Assembly (NCBI GenBank): GCA_038918905.1
Contig: JBCKZS010000007.1
Location: 9,610 to 73,609 of the forward strand
From: Vicinamibacterales bacterium
GTDB lineage: Bacteria; Acidobacteriota; Vicinamibacteria; Vicinamibacterales; SCN-69-37
Length of the DNA stretch: 64,000 nt
Direction of reading: 5' to 3'
In this document: one piece after another, positions 20,312-33,554 of the stretch
Position numbering within the stretch: the first letter of the stretch is position 1
How the letters are laid out: the number at the start of each line of letters is the position of its first letter
Notes under the pieces: model-generated
What the model saw: only the letters and a program-made list of their open reading frames with translations
What the model was told of the DNA's origin: nothing
The model's database searches: none
Translations under genes and position numbers: made by a program

Positions 20312-21424
20312 ATGGCCCGCATCGTGGTCGTGACCTCCGCGCCGCCGCTGGTGGAAGGCGGCCATCTGGTGATCGCGCGGGCGCTCGTGCAGGCCCTGAC
20401 CGAGGCCGGGCACGAGGCCGGACTCGTGACCACCCCCTCACACCGCTTCGGCCGTCAGGGCACCGAGTATCTGGCCACCTGGTTGACCGATGTGCGCATG
20501 AGCAACGGGCAACCGGTGGATCACGTCATCAGCCTGCGCTACCCGTCGTACGCCGTGCGTCATCCCTCCCACGTGTGCTGGCTGAATCACACGATGCGGG
20601 AGTACTACGACCTGTGGGACGACTTCCGTTCGCGGCTGTCGCCCCGGGGCCGGCTGAAGGAAGGCGCGCGCCGGCGCCTCATCCACGCTGCCGACACCTG
20701 GTGCTTTCGCCGGCACGTGACACGGTTGTACGCGCAGTCGCGCACCGTGCAGGCGCGGCTCCAACGGTGGAACGGGGTGCCATCGCAGGTCCTGTACCCG
20801 CCGGCGCCGCCGCGCCCGTACCGGTGTGACGCCTACGAGCCGTTCATCTTCGTGGTCTCGCGGCTCGCCCCGCTCAAGCGCATTGATTTGATCCTGCACG
20901 CGCTGGCGACACCGCAGGCCCGACAAGTGCGATGCGTCATTGCCGGGGAAGGCGAAGCGGGCGCGGATCTGCGCACGCTGACGCGTGCGCTGGAACTGGA
21001 ATCGCGCGTGTCATTCGTGGGTCGCATCTCGGACGGGCAACTCGTCGACTATCTGGCGCGGTGCCGCGCCGTGTGTTTCGTCCCGAAGCAGGAAGACTAT
21101 GGCTTTGTGACCGTCGAAGCCTTTGCCTCGTCGAAGGCGGTGGTGACGACGTCAGACAGCGGCGGGCCCGCGGAACTGGTGGTCGATGGTGCCAACGGCC
21201 GTGTGGTGGCGCCGGAGGCCGAGGCGCTGGGCTCGGCACTCGCGGAACTGGTGGCCGATCAGTCACTGGCCGAACGGCTGGGACAGCAGGCGCTGGGGAC
21301 GGCGACCGCCCTGCAATGGTCGGACGTGGCGCGCACGCTCGCCGCGCCGTCGGCCGCCTCCACCCGGTGGCGCAGGCCGCCGCCGCGCTCGGCTGAGCGT
21401 GCGAAACCGGGCAGAAGCGCGTAG
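20312..21424 (+). CDS. GT4-family glycosyltransferase
   Basis: MARIVVVTSAPPLVEGGHLVIARAL... and C-terminal FVPKQEDYGFVTVEAFASSKAVVTTSDSGGPAELV (EX7E region). Confidence 0.75.
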   Translation: MARIVVVTSAPPLVEGGHLVIARALVQALTEAGHEAGLVTTPSHRFGRQGTEYLATWLTDVRMSNGQPVDHVISLRYPSYAVRHPSHVCWLNHTMREYYDLWDDFRSRLSPRGRLKEGARRRLIHAADTWCFRRHVTRLYAQSRTVQARLQRWNGVPSQVLYPPAPPRPYRCDAYEPFIFVVSRLAPLKRIDLILHALATPQARQVRCVIAGEGEAGADLRTLTRALELESRVSFVGRISDGQLVDYLARCRAVCFVPKQEDYGFVTVEAFASSKAVVTTSDSGGPAELVVDGANGRVVAPEAEALGSALAELVADQSLAERLGQQALGTATALQWSDVARTLAAPSAASTRWRRPPPRSAERAKPGRSA

Positions 21425-21544
21425 CCCAATGCCGCCGGGTCTGAAGACCCGGCCTCCGACCAGGTCTGGCGAACGCTGGGGCAACGGCCGATACCCATTG
21501 ACATGGAATCTGGAACGCGGCCAACGCGCAAGCGGAGTCGGCAT

Positions 21545-22396
21545 ATGAGGCACGTGATTTGTGGGGTCGTGGTCGCACTGGTGGTGCTGGGGGTGGCGCG
21601 CCCGGCGCTGGCACAGTCGCGGCCGCTCGTGACCGAGGATCCCGAAACGGTGGGGCCGGGACAGATCCTCTTTGAGGGAGGACTCGACTACGCCAAGGAC
21701 GCGTTTTATCCCGCGTCAGGCCTCCGGGGAACGTTATGGAGAATCGGCACGTTCGGCTTGAGTTTCGGCGTGAGTTCGATTGCCGAGATCCAGCTTGATG
21801 GTGGCATCCGAAACCGACTGACGATTTCCAACCGCTTCGATGCGCCGCTGGCGAACATGCTGACGGTGGACGGTGATTCGACCGGTGCCGTCGAAGACCT
21901 CGTCATCGGCGCGAAGGTGCGCTTCCTCTCGGAAGGGGCGCGGCGGCCCTCGATGGCCGTGCGGTTCGCGACGAAGTTGCCGAACGCGGGCAATGAAAGC
22001 GGCCTCGGGATGGACACGACGGACTTCGCGTTCGGCATCGCCATGGCCAAGACCGTGCAGTCGGTGCGCGTCGTGGGCAACTTCGGGTTGGCGATTCTGG
22101 GGGATCCCACACGCGGCGACCGCCAGAACGATGTGCTGACCTACGGCGCGTCGGTGGCGCGCGCGGTGGCGACCGGCGTGGAAGTGGTCGCCGAGTTTAA
22201 TGGCCGCGCGAACACGCGCAGCGGCGAGCCGCCCGTGGGCACCGACAGCCGGTCGGCGATGCGCGTCGGCTCACGAATCACCCGCGGGCCGGTGCGTCTG
22301 GACGCGGCGCTGATCTTCGGCGTGACCGAGCGGGACCCGACGTGGGGCATCACCACCGGCTTCACCTGGGTGTTCAACGCGTTCCGCATTCCGTAG
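21545..22396 (+). CDS. outer-membrane beta-barrel protein (uncharacterised family)
   Basis: Start MRHVICGVVVALVVLGVARPALAQ (signal peptide) inside track ORF 21503..22396. Amphipathic strand pattern and an aromatic-rich C-terminus TTGFTWVFNAFRIP. Confidence 0.6.
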   Translation: MRHVICGVVVALVVLGVARPALAQSRPLVTEDPETVGPGQILFEGGLDYAKDAFYPASGLRGTLWRIGTFGLSFGVSSIAEIQLDGGIRNRLTISNRFDAPLANMLTVDGDSTGAVEDLVIGAKVRFLSEGARRPSMAVRFATKLPNAGNESGLGMDTTDFAFGIAMAKTVQSVRVVGNFGLAILGDPTRGDRQNDVLTYGASVARAVATGVEVVAEFNGRANTRSGEPPVGTDSRSAMRVGSRITRGPVRLDAALIFGVTERDPTWGITTGFTWVFNAFRIP

Positions 22397-22485
22397 GGGC
22401 CTGCCTCGCCCAGCAACGAGGGCAGCGCCCAGGCGCGTCAGATCCCGAGTCATACCTGCCATATAGTATGGGGCGCTCCTCGCCA

Positions 22486-23319
22486 ATGACGCCCGCGAAC
22501 CTCATGACGCTCACAAAAGCGCACGCCTGCGGCAACGACTTCCTGCTGGTCCGGTCGGCGGCGATCGCTCACGTTGCCGACGTGCCCGCGTTCGCCCGCC
22601 GTGTCTGCGACCGGCACACGGGAATCGGCGCGGATGGCCTGATGGTCGTCACCGAGACGAACGCCGGCGCCTCGACACGGCTCTTGAACGCCGACGGCAG
22701 CCGCTCGGAAATCTCAGGCAACGGCATCCGCTGCGTGGCGACATGGCTCGCGCGCGATCGGGGGCTGGTGCCGGGGCAGTCGGTGCTCCTCGAGACCGAA
22801 GCCGGTCCGAAGCCACTCACCCTGCTGGCGCGTGACGACCAGCGGTCTACGTGGCGGGCGGCAATGGGCGATCCAACCGACCTGCGCCAGGTCGATCTCG
22901 ACGTGGCCGGCGTCAGCGTCAGCGCGGTCGTCATGCGCGTGGGCAATCCGCAGTGTGTGGTGCTGGGCAGCCCTGAGGAGCTGACCACGGAGCGGCTGCA
23001 CACCGTGGCCGCGGGCCTGGCCGTACACCCTTATTTCTCCGAGGGCACCAACGTGGAACTGGCCACAGTGGAGCGCCCCGGCCGCGTACGCATTCTGATC
23101 TGGGAACGTGGCGTGGGACCCACGGAAGCCTCTGGCACTGGGGCGTGCGCGGCGGCGGTTGCGGCGGCCGCGTACGGCGGCGCGGCCCGCAGCGTCGATG
23201 TCGTCGCGCCGGGCGGGACCCAGCACGTCGAGTGGGACCACGAAGGAATTTGGTTGACCGGGTGGGCGGAGGTCGTGGCCAGCGTCGAGTGGTGGGGATC
23301 GACCGGGGGAACGAGATGA
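22486..23319 (+). CDS. dapF: diaminopimelate epimerase
   Basis: KAHACGNDFLLV (first catalytic Cys motif) and EASGTGACAAA (second Cys). The start could instead be the ATG at 22504. Confidence 0.85.
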   Translation: MTPANLMTLTKAHACGNDFLLVRSAAIAHVADVPAFARRVCDRHTGIGADGLMVVTETNAGASTRLLNADGSRSEISGNGIRCVATWLARDRGLVPGQSVLLETEAGPKPLTLLARDDQRSTWRAAMGDPTDLRQVDLDVAGVSVSAVVMRVGNPQCVVLGSPEELTTERLHTVAAGLAVHPYFSEGTNVELATVERPGRVRILIWERGVGPTEASGTGACAAAVAAAAYGGAARSVDVVAPGGTQHVEWDHEGIWLTGWAEVVASVEWWGSTGGTR

Positions 23320-24842
23320 GGCGTGTTCATCAAGAGGAAGGATCCGGTGAGTCGTACTCGCCGGCCGAGGAAGCGTTCAACCGGCGCCGCCGCACGGTCG
23401 GGCTCTTTCTGGGGCCGCTGCTGTGCCTGTTACTCCTGTGGATGCCCATGCCGGGACTGTCGGAGGCCGCGCATCGGCTGAGCGCGATCCTGGCGTTGAT
23501 GATCGTCCTCTGGATGACCGAGGCGATCCCGCTGGCGGCCACCGCGCTGCTCGGGCCCACACTCGTGGTGCTGCTCGGCATCGCCCCGGTCCGAACCGCG
23601 TTTGCGTCGTTCGCCGATCCGATCATCTTTTTGTTCATCGGCAGTTTCATCCTCGCCGAAGCCATGTTCGTGCACCGACTCGATCGACGCCTGGCGTTCT
23701 CGGCGCTGGCCTCGCCCTGGATCGGCGCCAGCGCGTTCAGGCTGCTGGTCGTATACGCGGGCGTGGCCGCCGGCCTCTCAATGTGGATGAGCAACACGGC
23801 GACGACCGCCATGTTGTTTCCGCTTGGGCTGGCCGTGCTCACGGAACTGGGACGAGGCCGGTCCAGCGACCCCGCGTTTCGCCGATTTGCGCTGGCCATG
23901 ATGCTGGTGACGTCCTTCGCGGCGTCGATCGGCGGCATGGCCACGCCCGTGGGCACGCCGCCCAACATCATCGGAAAGGGATTACTGCTCAAGAACGCGG
24001 GCATCGACATCTCGTTTGCCGGGTGGATGGCGCTCGGTGTGCCGCTCGTCGTGGTGATGATGGGGGCGCTGGCCGTGTGGATGTTGCTGCCGGCGTCGCG
24101 TGGCATCCGGTTGAGCGCCGAGGCCACCGCGAGTGTGCGTGACGAACTGCGACGCCTCGGTCCGATGGGCCGTGGCGAGCGGAATGTGGTCATCGCGTTC
24201 GGCATCACGGTGTTGTTGTGGACGTTGCCAGGTCTCGTGGCGATCGTGGTCGGACAGGCGCATCCGCTGGTGCAGCGGCTCACCGCGCTGGTGCCCGAGT
24301 CGATTGCGGCGATCCTGGGCGCGCTCCTGCTGTTTGTCCTGCCCGTCAATTGGCGCGCGCGCAAATTCACGCTGACGTGGGAAGAGGCTTCGACCATCGA
24401 TTGGGGCATCATCCTGTTGTTCGGGGGCGGCCTGGCGATGGGAGGTCTGGCGGATTCGACCGGCCTGGCCGATGCGTTTGGACGCTGGGTGGTCGGCTAC
24501 GTGCCGGGCGCAGGGACGGTCGGTCTGACGCTGGTGTTCACAGCCGTGGCCATTCTGTTTTCCGAGGCCGCGTCAAACACGGCCGCGGCGACGGTGGTGG
24601 TGCCGACGGCGATCGCCGTGGCGATGGCGGCTGGCGTCTCTCCCCTGGAGCCAGCGCTGGGCGCGACGTTCGGTGCCAGCATGGGGTTCATGATGCCCAT
24701 CTCGACGCCCCCCAACGCCATTGTCTACAGCAGCGGCTATATCCCCATCGGCGCGATGGTGCGCTACGGCGTGGTCCTGGACCTCGTGGGCTTCGTCGTC
24801 ATCGTCGTCGCGGTGATCGGTCTGGGCTGGATTGTCAGATAG
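23316..24842 (+). CDS. DASS/SLC13-family anion:sodium symporter
   Basis: Start MRRVHQEE with ATGA overlap to the dapF stop. Polytopic. Motifs LWMTEAIPLAATALLGP and SNTAAATVVVP are typical of the DASS family. Confidence 0.75.
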   Translation: MRRVHQEEGSGESYSPAEEAFNRRRRTVGLFLGPLLCLLLLWMPMPGLSEAAHRLSAILALMIVLWMTEAIPLAATALLGPTLVVLLGIAPVRTAFASFADPIIFLFIGSFILAEAMFVHRLDRRLAFSALASPWIGASAFRLLVVYAGVAAGLSMWMSNTATTAMLFPLGLAVLTELGRGRSSDPAFRRFALAMMLVTSFAASIGGMATPVGTPPNIIGKGLLLKNAGIDISFAGWMALGVPLVVVMMGALAVWMLLPASRGIRLSAEATASVRDELRRLGPMGRGERNVVIAFGITVLLWTLPGLVAIVVGQAHPLVQRLTALVPESIAAILGALLLFVLPVNWRARKFTLTWEEASTIDWGIILLFGGGLAMGGLADSTGLADAFGRWVVGYVPGAGTVGLTLVFTAVAILFSEAASNTAAATVVVPTAIAVAMAAGVSPLEPALGATFGASMGFMMPISTPPNAIVYSSGYIPIGAMVRYGVVLDLVGFVVIVVAVIGLGWIVR

Positions 24843-24882
24843 TGCACACTGCCGGCCTCCCAGGCTGGCAGATTCTGCCACG

Positions 24883-25443
24883 TCAGGAACGGGTGCGCCG
24901 GCCAGCCGCGGGCGCCGCCGGCGGCAGTTCCTTCCGTAATGGTGCGAGACCGGCTTCAAGCGCGGTGATGGCCGGCAGGTACTGGCCATCCTCGAGAAGT
25001 GTGCGCGCTTCTTGCAGGGAGGAGGTGCTGTCAGCCAGCGCCTGTCGGAGGCGTGAGGCGGCGGCGCTGGTCGCGCGGGGGCTGAGCCGGCTGGTCGCCG
25101 TCTGGATCAGGGTCGTTAATTCCAGGGCGAGGCGTTCGGCACGACTGCGCGCTTCGGCCTTGGCGGTGCTGGCCTGCCTGGCGGCGGCGTAGGCCCGATC
25201 GCGGGCGTCGAGGGCCGCGTTGAGCGCCTGGCGGTAATCCCCCTGGGCGACCGCGGTATCGTACCGCACGAGGGCGGCCTCGGCGGCGCGGAGTTCGTCC
25301 GTGGCGTAGGTGTCCGCGGTGGCGGCGCGGGCGGCGGCAATGGCGCCTTCCGCTTGATGACGTTCTTTGGTGGGCGGCGTGGAGCAGGCCGCCAAGGGTG
25401 TGGCCGTGACCAGCAGTGTCAGCAACAACGCAGCAGGACGCAT
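24883..25443 (-). CDS. Ala-rich helical lipoprotein (DUF4398-like)
   Basis: Start MRPAALLLTLLVTATPLAAC (lipobox), ATG at 25443-25441. The remainder is Ala/Arg-rich predicted helix. The track's 420-aa form is a read-through of antisense sequence. Confidence 0.55.
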   Translation of the reverse strand: MRPAALLLTLLVTATPLAACSTPPTKERHQAEGAIAAARAATADTYATDELRAAEAALVRYDTAVAQGDYRQALNAALDARDRAYAAARQASTAKAEARSRAERLALELTTLIQTATSRLSPRATSAAASRLRQALADSTSSLQEARTLLEDGQYLPAITALEAGLAPLRKELPPAAPAAGRRTRS

Positions 25444-25473
25444 GAACGGGCTGAGTATACCCCGGAGCATCTG

Positions 25474-26139
25474 ATGGCTCCTCCGCAGACTGACGGTCCC
25501 CGCGAGAAACTCGAGCGCGCCGGCCTCATCGCGATGTCCGATCAGGAGTTGCTGGCCATCGTGCTCGGACATGGGACCCAGCGCGCCCCGGCGATGGTGC
25601 TGGCGGCTGCGCTCCTGTCGAACGGTTCCGGGGTGCACGGGCTGACCCGCATGACGCGTGACGAGATGCGCCATACCCGCGGCGTGGGCGATGCGCAGGC
25701 GGCGCGGGTGCAGGCGGCGATCGAACTGGGACGCCGGACGTTGGCGCAGCATCCGCCGGGCCGGCCACAGTTTGCGACACCCGAGGACACCGCCCTGTAC
25801 CTGCTGCCGCGCTTCGGGGCCTATCCGGTCGAGCGCTTCGGCCTGCTGCTTCTGGACGTCAAACACCGGTTGCTGCGCACCCATCTGCACTCGATCGGCG
25901 CGCTCGACGCCGCGATGGCCCACCCACGCGACATCTTTCGCGTGGCCGTCGGCGGCGGCGCGGCCGGCGTCCTGCTGTTTCACAATCACCCGTCGGGCGA
26001 CCCTGCACCCAGTCCGGAAGACCTGAGGCTGACGCAGCGCCTCGTCCATGCCGGGCGGATCGTCGGGGTGCCGGTGGTGGACCACATGATCCTCGCCGAC
26101 AATGTGTACTACTCCTTTCAGGAGGAGAAACTGATCTGA
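25474..26139 (+). CDS. radC: RadC-like JAB-domain protein
   Basis: REKLERAGLIAMSDQELLAIVLGHGT (HhH region) and the JAMM motif HNHPSGDPAPSPEDLRLT. Confidence 0.8.
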   Translation: MAPPQTDGPREKLERAGLIAMSDQELLAIVLGHGTQRAPAMVLAAALLSNGSGVHGLTRMTRDEMRHTRGVGDAQAARVQAAIELGRRTLAQHPPGRPQFATPEDTALYLLPRFGAYPVERFGLLLLDVKHRLLRTHLHSIGALDAAMAHPRDIFRVAVGGGAAGVLLFHNHPSGDPAPSPEDLRLTQRLVHAGRIVGVPVVDHMILADNVYYSFQEEKLI

Positions 26140-26180
26140 CCGCACCGGGCACGCTACAATACCGGTTTGCGACTGTCGCC

Positions 26181-28103
26181 ATGCCCAGTTTCTATCTGAC
26201 CACCGCCATCGACTACGTCAACAACCGCCCCCATCTGGGAACGGCCTACGAGAAGATCGCCGCCGACGTGATCGCCAGGTATCACCGGCTGATCGGCGAC
26301 GAGGTGCGGTTTGTCATGGGGAACGACGAGCACTCGCAGAACGTGTTCAAACGCGCGCGCGAGCAGGGCCTCGACCCGCTGGCGTACTGCGACCGGATGG
26401 AAGCTGAGTTTCGCGAGGTCTGGGGGCGACTGAACATTTCGTTCGACGACTTCATCCGCACGACCGAGCCGCGGCACAAGACCGCGGTGCAGGCGATGGT
26501 GCGGCGATCACTCGAGAAAGGGGATATCTACGAGGGCATCTACGAAGGCTGGTACTGCGTTTCGTGCGAGGAGTTCAAGCCCGAGAAGGGCCTGGTCGAC
26601 GGGCGGTGTCCCGTGCACCGAACCAAGCCCGACTGGATCAAGGAAAAGAACTACTTCTTCAAACTCTCGCGGTATCGGGACGCCCTGCTGGCGCACTACG
26701 CCGCTCACCCGGAGTTCGTCGCGCCCGAATCCCGGCGCAACGAAATGGTGCAGTTGCTCAAGGGCGGCCTCGACGACATCTCGGTCAGCAGGGCCGGGCA
26801 GGCATGGGGCATTCCGCTGCCGCACGATCCCGGGAGCGTGGTGTACGTCTGGTACGACGCGCTCATCAACTACGCCGCCGCGGTCGGCTACGGGACCGAC
26901 GATGCGCTATTTGACTATTGGTGGAATCAGTCCGACCAACCCCACCGCCAGGTGATTCATCTGGTGGGGAAGGACATCACGCGCTTCCACTGTGTGGTGT
27001 GGCCGGCGATGCTCCTGAGCGCCGGGTTACCGTTGCCGACCCAGATTTTTGGCCACGGCTTTGTGTTGTTCAAGGGCGAGAAGATGAGCAAGTCGCTCGG
27101 CACGGTCATCGACCCGCTGGATGCCGTGGAGAAGTTCGGACCGGATCCGCTCCGGTTGTTCCTTTGTCGAGAGATCGTGTTCGGGCAAGACGGGGATTTC
27201 ACCTGGGAACTGTTCGAGAAGGCCTACAACGCTGACCTCGCGAACAATCTGGGCAACCTCGTGAATCGTTTGTCGTCAATGGCCCAGCGCTATCGAGACG
27301 GCAGGCTCACAGGAAGTGATAGCCCCGACCCGAAGCGTCAGGTAGTGACGGAGTGCGTCCTCTATTACAAAAAGGAGTGTATGGACCGCCTTCACCTGAG
27401 TGGTGCAACGGTCCATGCATTCAGCGCGGTGGATGCCGCAAACGCGATGATCGAAAACCGGAAACCCTGGAATCTCGCCAAGCAAAGCGACCCTGGTGAG
27501 CTTGATGCTGTTTTATGGAATGTGTCCGAGGCACTGCGGATAGCAGCCGTTCTTCTGTCTCCTTTCATGCCGGCCTCGTGCTCCGAGATTCTTGTCCGGC
27601 TTGGGGTTCCTTCTGATATCTCGAAGCTTGATTTTGTCCGCGACACCACCTGGCAAACAAGCGGTGAGCGCACCCTGATGGTTGGAGCTCCGCTCTGGCC
27701 GCGCCTCGAACCCAAGGAGTCTTCCGTGTCCGATCCCACGCCGCCCGCCGCATCCGCGTCCCTGTGGCCGCTCGAATCGCGCATTTCGATCGACGACTTC
27801 ATGAAGATCGATCTGCGTGTGGCGAAGGTGCTGGCCGCCGAGCGCGTGCCGAACTCGAAGAGGCTCATCACGCTGCGGATCGACCTGGGCACCGAGCAGC
27901 GCACGCTGGTGGCGGGCATCGCGGAAGCGTACGAGGCCGACGCGCTGGTCGGACGCACGGTGGCGATCGTCGCCAACCTGAAGCCCGCGAAGCTCATGGG
28001 CATCGAGTCGAACGGCATGGTGCTCGCGGCGAGTCCCGACGGTGGCAACCCGATGCTCGTCTGCTTCGACGAGGCCCCGGCGCCCGGCACCCGCATTCGA
28101 TAG
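26181..28103 (+). CDS. metG: methionine--tRNA ligase
   Basis: HIGH-type motif NNRPHLGTAYE, KMSKS motif GEKMSKSLG, a CxxC...CP knuckle, and a C-terminal Trbp111/EMAP-like tRNA-binding domain (IDDFMKIDLRVAKV...). Confidence 0.95.
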   Translation: MPSFYLTTAIDYVNNRPHLGTAYEKIAADVIARYHRLIGDEVRFVMGNDEHSQNVFKRAREQGLDPLAYCDRMEAEFREVWGRLNISFDDFIRTTEPRHKTAVQAMVRRSLEKGDIYEGIYEGWYCVSCEEFKPEKGLVDGRCPVHRTKPDWIKEKNYFFKLSRYRDALLAHYAAHPEFVAPESRRNEMVQLLKGGLDDISVSRAGQAWGIPLPHDPGSVVYVWYDALINYAAAVGYGTDDALFDYWWNQSDQPHRQVIHLVGKDITRFHCVVWPAMLLSAGLPLPTQIFGHGFVLFKGEKMSKSLGTVIDPLDAVEKFGPDPLRLFLCREIVFGQDGDFTWELFEKAYNADLANNLGNLVNRLSSMAQRYRDGRLTGSDSPDPKRQVVTECVLYYKKECMDRLHLSGATVHAFSAVDAANAMIENRKPWNLAKQSDPGELDAVLWNVSEALRIAAVLLSPFMPASCSEILVRLGVPSDISKLDFVRDTTWQTSGERTLMVGAPLWPRLEPKESSVSDPTPPAASASLWPLESRISIDDFMKIDLRVAKVLAAERVPNSKRLITLRIDLGTEQRTLVAGIAEAYEADALVGRTVAIVANLKPAKLMGIESNGMVLAASPDGGNPMLVCFDEAPAPGTRIR

Positions 28104-28124
28104 GACACGCCGCGAAGACGACCG

Positions 28125-28937
28125 ATGTACGTCGACTCGCACTGCCATCTCGCCGATGACGGGTTCGTGGAGGACCTGACGGATGTCGCGCGCCGCGCGC
28201 AGGACGCGCGCGTGACCGGGGCGCTGTGCATGCTGTCGTCAGACACCGAGACCGAGTTGGAGCGGATTCCGGCGGTGCGGTCGGCCTGGCCCGCGATCGC
28301 GTTCGCGACCGCCGTTCACCCGCATCGCGCCGGCGCGTACGCCGGCCGGGTGGCGGACGCCGTGCGTCTGGTGCGCGCCGCCGCCGCTCGCTCGGGCGCG
28401 GTGGCGCTGGGTGAGATGGGCCTCGACTATCACTACGACTTCGCGCCCCGCGAGGTCCAACACGAGGTGTTTGCCGCGCAGGTGGAACTGGCCCTCGCGC
28501 TGGACCTGCCGGTGGCCATCCACGCGCGGGAGGCCACCGACGACACACACGCGATCCTGCGCGAGGCCGGGCAGGGGCGGGTGCGCGGCGTCATGCACTG
28601 CTTCACGGGCACCCAGGCCGAGGCCACACAGGCGCTCGATCTCGGCTTCTTTCTCTCCATTCCCGGCATCGTCACCTTCCCGAAGGCCGGGGCGCTGCGC
28701 GATGTCGTGGCGGCGGTGCCGGGCGACCGTCTGCTGGTCGAAACCGACGCGCCGTACCTGGCGCCGGTGCCGTATCGCGGCCGGCGCAACGAGCCGGCCT
28801 TCGTCGTGGAAACGGTGCGGCAACTGGCCGCCATCCGCGGCGTCCCGGTGACGACGATGGCCGCGTGGATCCGTGACAATTTTGACGCGTTCCTCGGGCG
28901 CCGGCGCGTTGACACTCCCGCGAGTCCTGTGGTCTGA
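28125..28937 (+). CDS. TatD-family metal-dependent hydrolase/DNase
   Basis: MYVDSHCHL..., GEMGLDYHYD, VAIHAREA, MHCFTG, LVETDAPYL: the canonical TatD motif series. Confidence 0.85.
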   Translation: MYVDSHCHLADDGFVEDLTDVARRAQDARVTGALCMLSSDTETELERIPAVRSAWPAIAFATAVHPHRAGAYAGRVADAVRLVRAAAARSGAVALGEMGLDYHYDFAPREVQHEVFAAQVELALALDLPVAIHAREATDDTHAILREAGQGRVRGVMHCFTGTQAEATQALDLGFFLSIPGIVTFPKAGALRDVVAAVPGDRLLVETDAPYLAPVPYRGRRNEPAFVVETVRQLAAIRGVPVTTMAAWIRDNFDAFLGRRRVDTPASPVV

Positions 28938-28985
28938 TTCAGTCACGTTTCCGCACGAGTTACGCCTCAGGCGAGACCACTACCT

Positions 28986-29984
28986 GTGAACCCTTCTGCC
29001 ACGTCCGTCCCGGATCTCAGCCGGATTTTTGAACCGGTACGTGAGGCTCTTGGACGGGTCGAGCAGGAGTTCGCGCGACACCTGGAGTCGAAGGTCGAAC
29101 TGATTCCCCAGATGGGCCGCTACATCCAGATGAGCGGCGGCAAACGGGTGCGTCCGGCGGTCCTGCTGCTGGCCGCCCGCATGTGTGGCTACACCGGCGA
29201 TCGCGATGTGCTCAACGCGGCGGTCGTGGAGTTCATCCACACGGCCACCCTGGTGCACGACGACATCATCGACGCGGCGGAAACGCGGCGGGGCCGGCTG
29301 GCCGCGCACTCGCGCTGGGGCAATGGCGTCACGGTGCTCCTGGGTGACTACCTGTACATCCGCTCGATGGCGATGGCGCTCACGCAGGACTCGCTGGAAG
29401 TGGTGCGCCTGCTTTGCGAGGTCACGTTGCGGATGATCGAGGGCGAGTTGTACCAGTTGACGAAGATGGGCGACGCCGCCATCACCGAGGAAGAACACCT
29501 CGAGATCATTCGCCGCAAGACGGCCTTTCTGTTTTCGGGCTGCGCCGAAATCGGCGGCGTGCTCGGCCAGTGCACCCCTGAGCAGCGCGTGGCGCTGCGT
29601 GAGTACGGCTTCAACCTCGGCATCGCGTTTCAGATTGTCGACGACGTGCTCGATTACACGGCGGAGGAGCAGGTGCTGGGGAAGCCCATCGGCGGCGACC
29701 TGCGCGAGGGTAAAGTGACGTTGCCGATCATCCTCCTGCAGCAGCGCACCCCTGAGGTGGCCGCGCTGATTCAGCAGGTCGTCACCGACCGGCAGGTCAC
29801 GCCGGAAGCGTGGCAGTCGATCAAGAGCCTGCTGGCCACGCACGGTGCGATCGATGCCGCGTACGAGCGTGCCGTGACGTACGGCCAGGCGGCCCGGACG
29901 CAGTTGCTCTCGGCCTTTCCGGCGTCAGTCGAGCGTGACGGTCTGGTGTCTCTGGTCGACTACGTCCTGCAGCGCGATCGGTAA
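28986..29984 (+). CDS. polyprenyl diphosphate synthase (trans-IPPS, long-chain type)
   Basis: First and second Asp-rich motifs LVHDDIIDAAETRRG and FQIVDDVLDY. GTG start. Confidence 0.85.
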   Translation: MNPSATSVPDLSRIFEPVREALGRVEQEFARHLESKVELIPQMGRYIQMSGGKRVRPAVLLLAARMCGYTGDRDVLNAAVVEFIHTATLVHDDIIDAAETRRGRLAAHSRWGNGVTVLLGDYLYIRSMAMALTQDSLEVVRLLCEVTLRMIEGELYQLTKMGDAAITEEEHLEIIRRKTAFLFSGCAEIGGVLGQCTPEQRVALREYGFNLGIAFQIVDDVLDYTAEEQVLGKPIGGDLREGKVTLPIILLQQRTPEVAALIQQVVTDRQVTPEAWQSIKSLLATHGAIDAAYERAVTYGQAARTQLLSAFPASVERDGLVSLVDYVLQRDR

Positions 29985-30006
29985 CCCCGGGTCCCCTGGC
30001 GTGTGA

Positions 30007-33550
<3,544 letters not shown>

Positions 33551-33554
<4 letters not shown>

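Noticed and set aside
24866-24880. TGGCAGATTCTGCCA palindrome (and the related CTGGCAGAATCTGCCGG at 48077-48093) as sigma54 -24/-12 promoters
   Set aside because: The GG-to-GC spacing is 10 nt rather than the 12 nt of TGGCAC-N5-TTGC. The first lies between convergent genes. They are more likely small hairpins.
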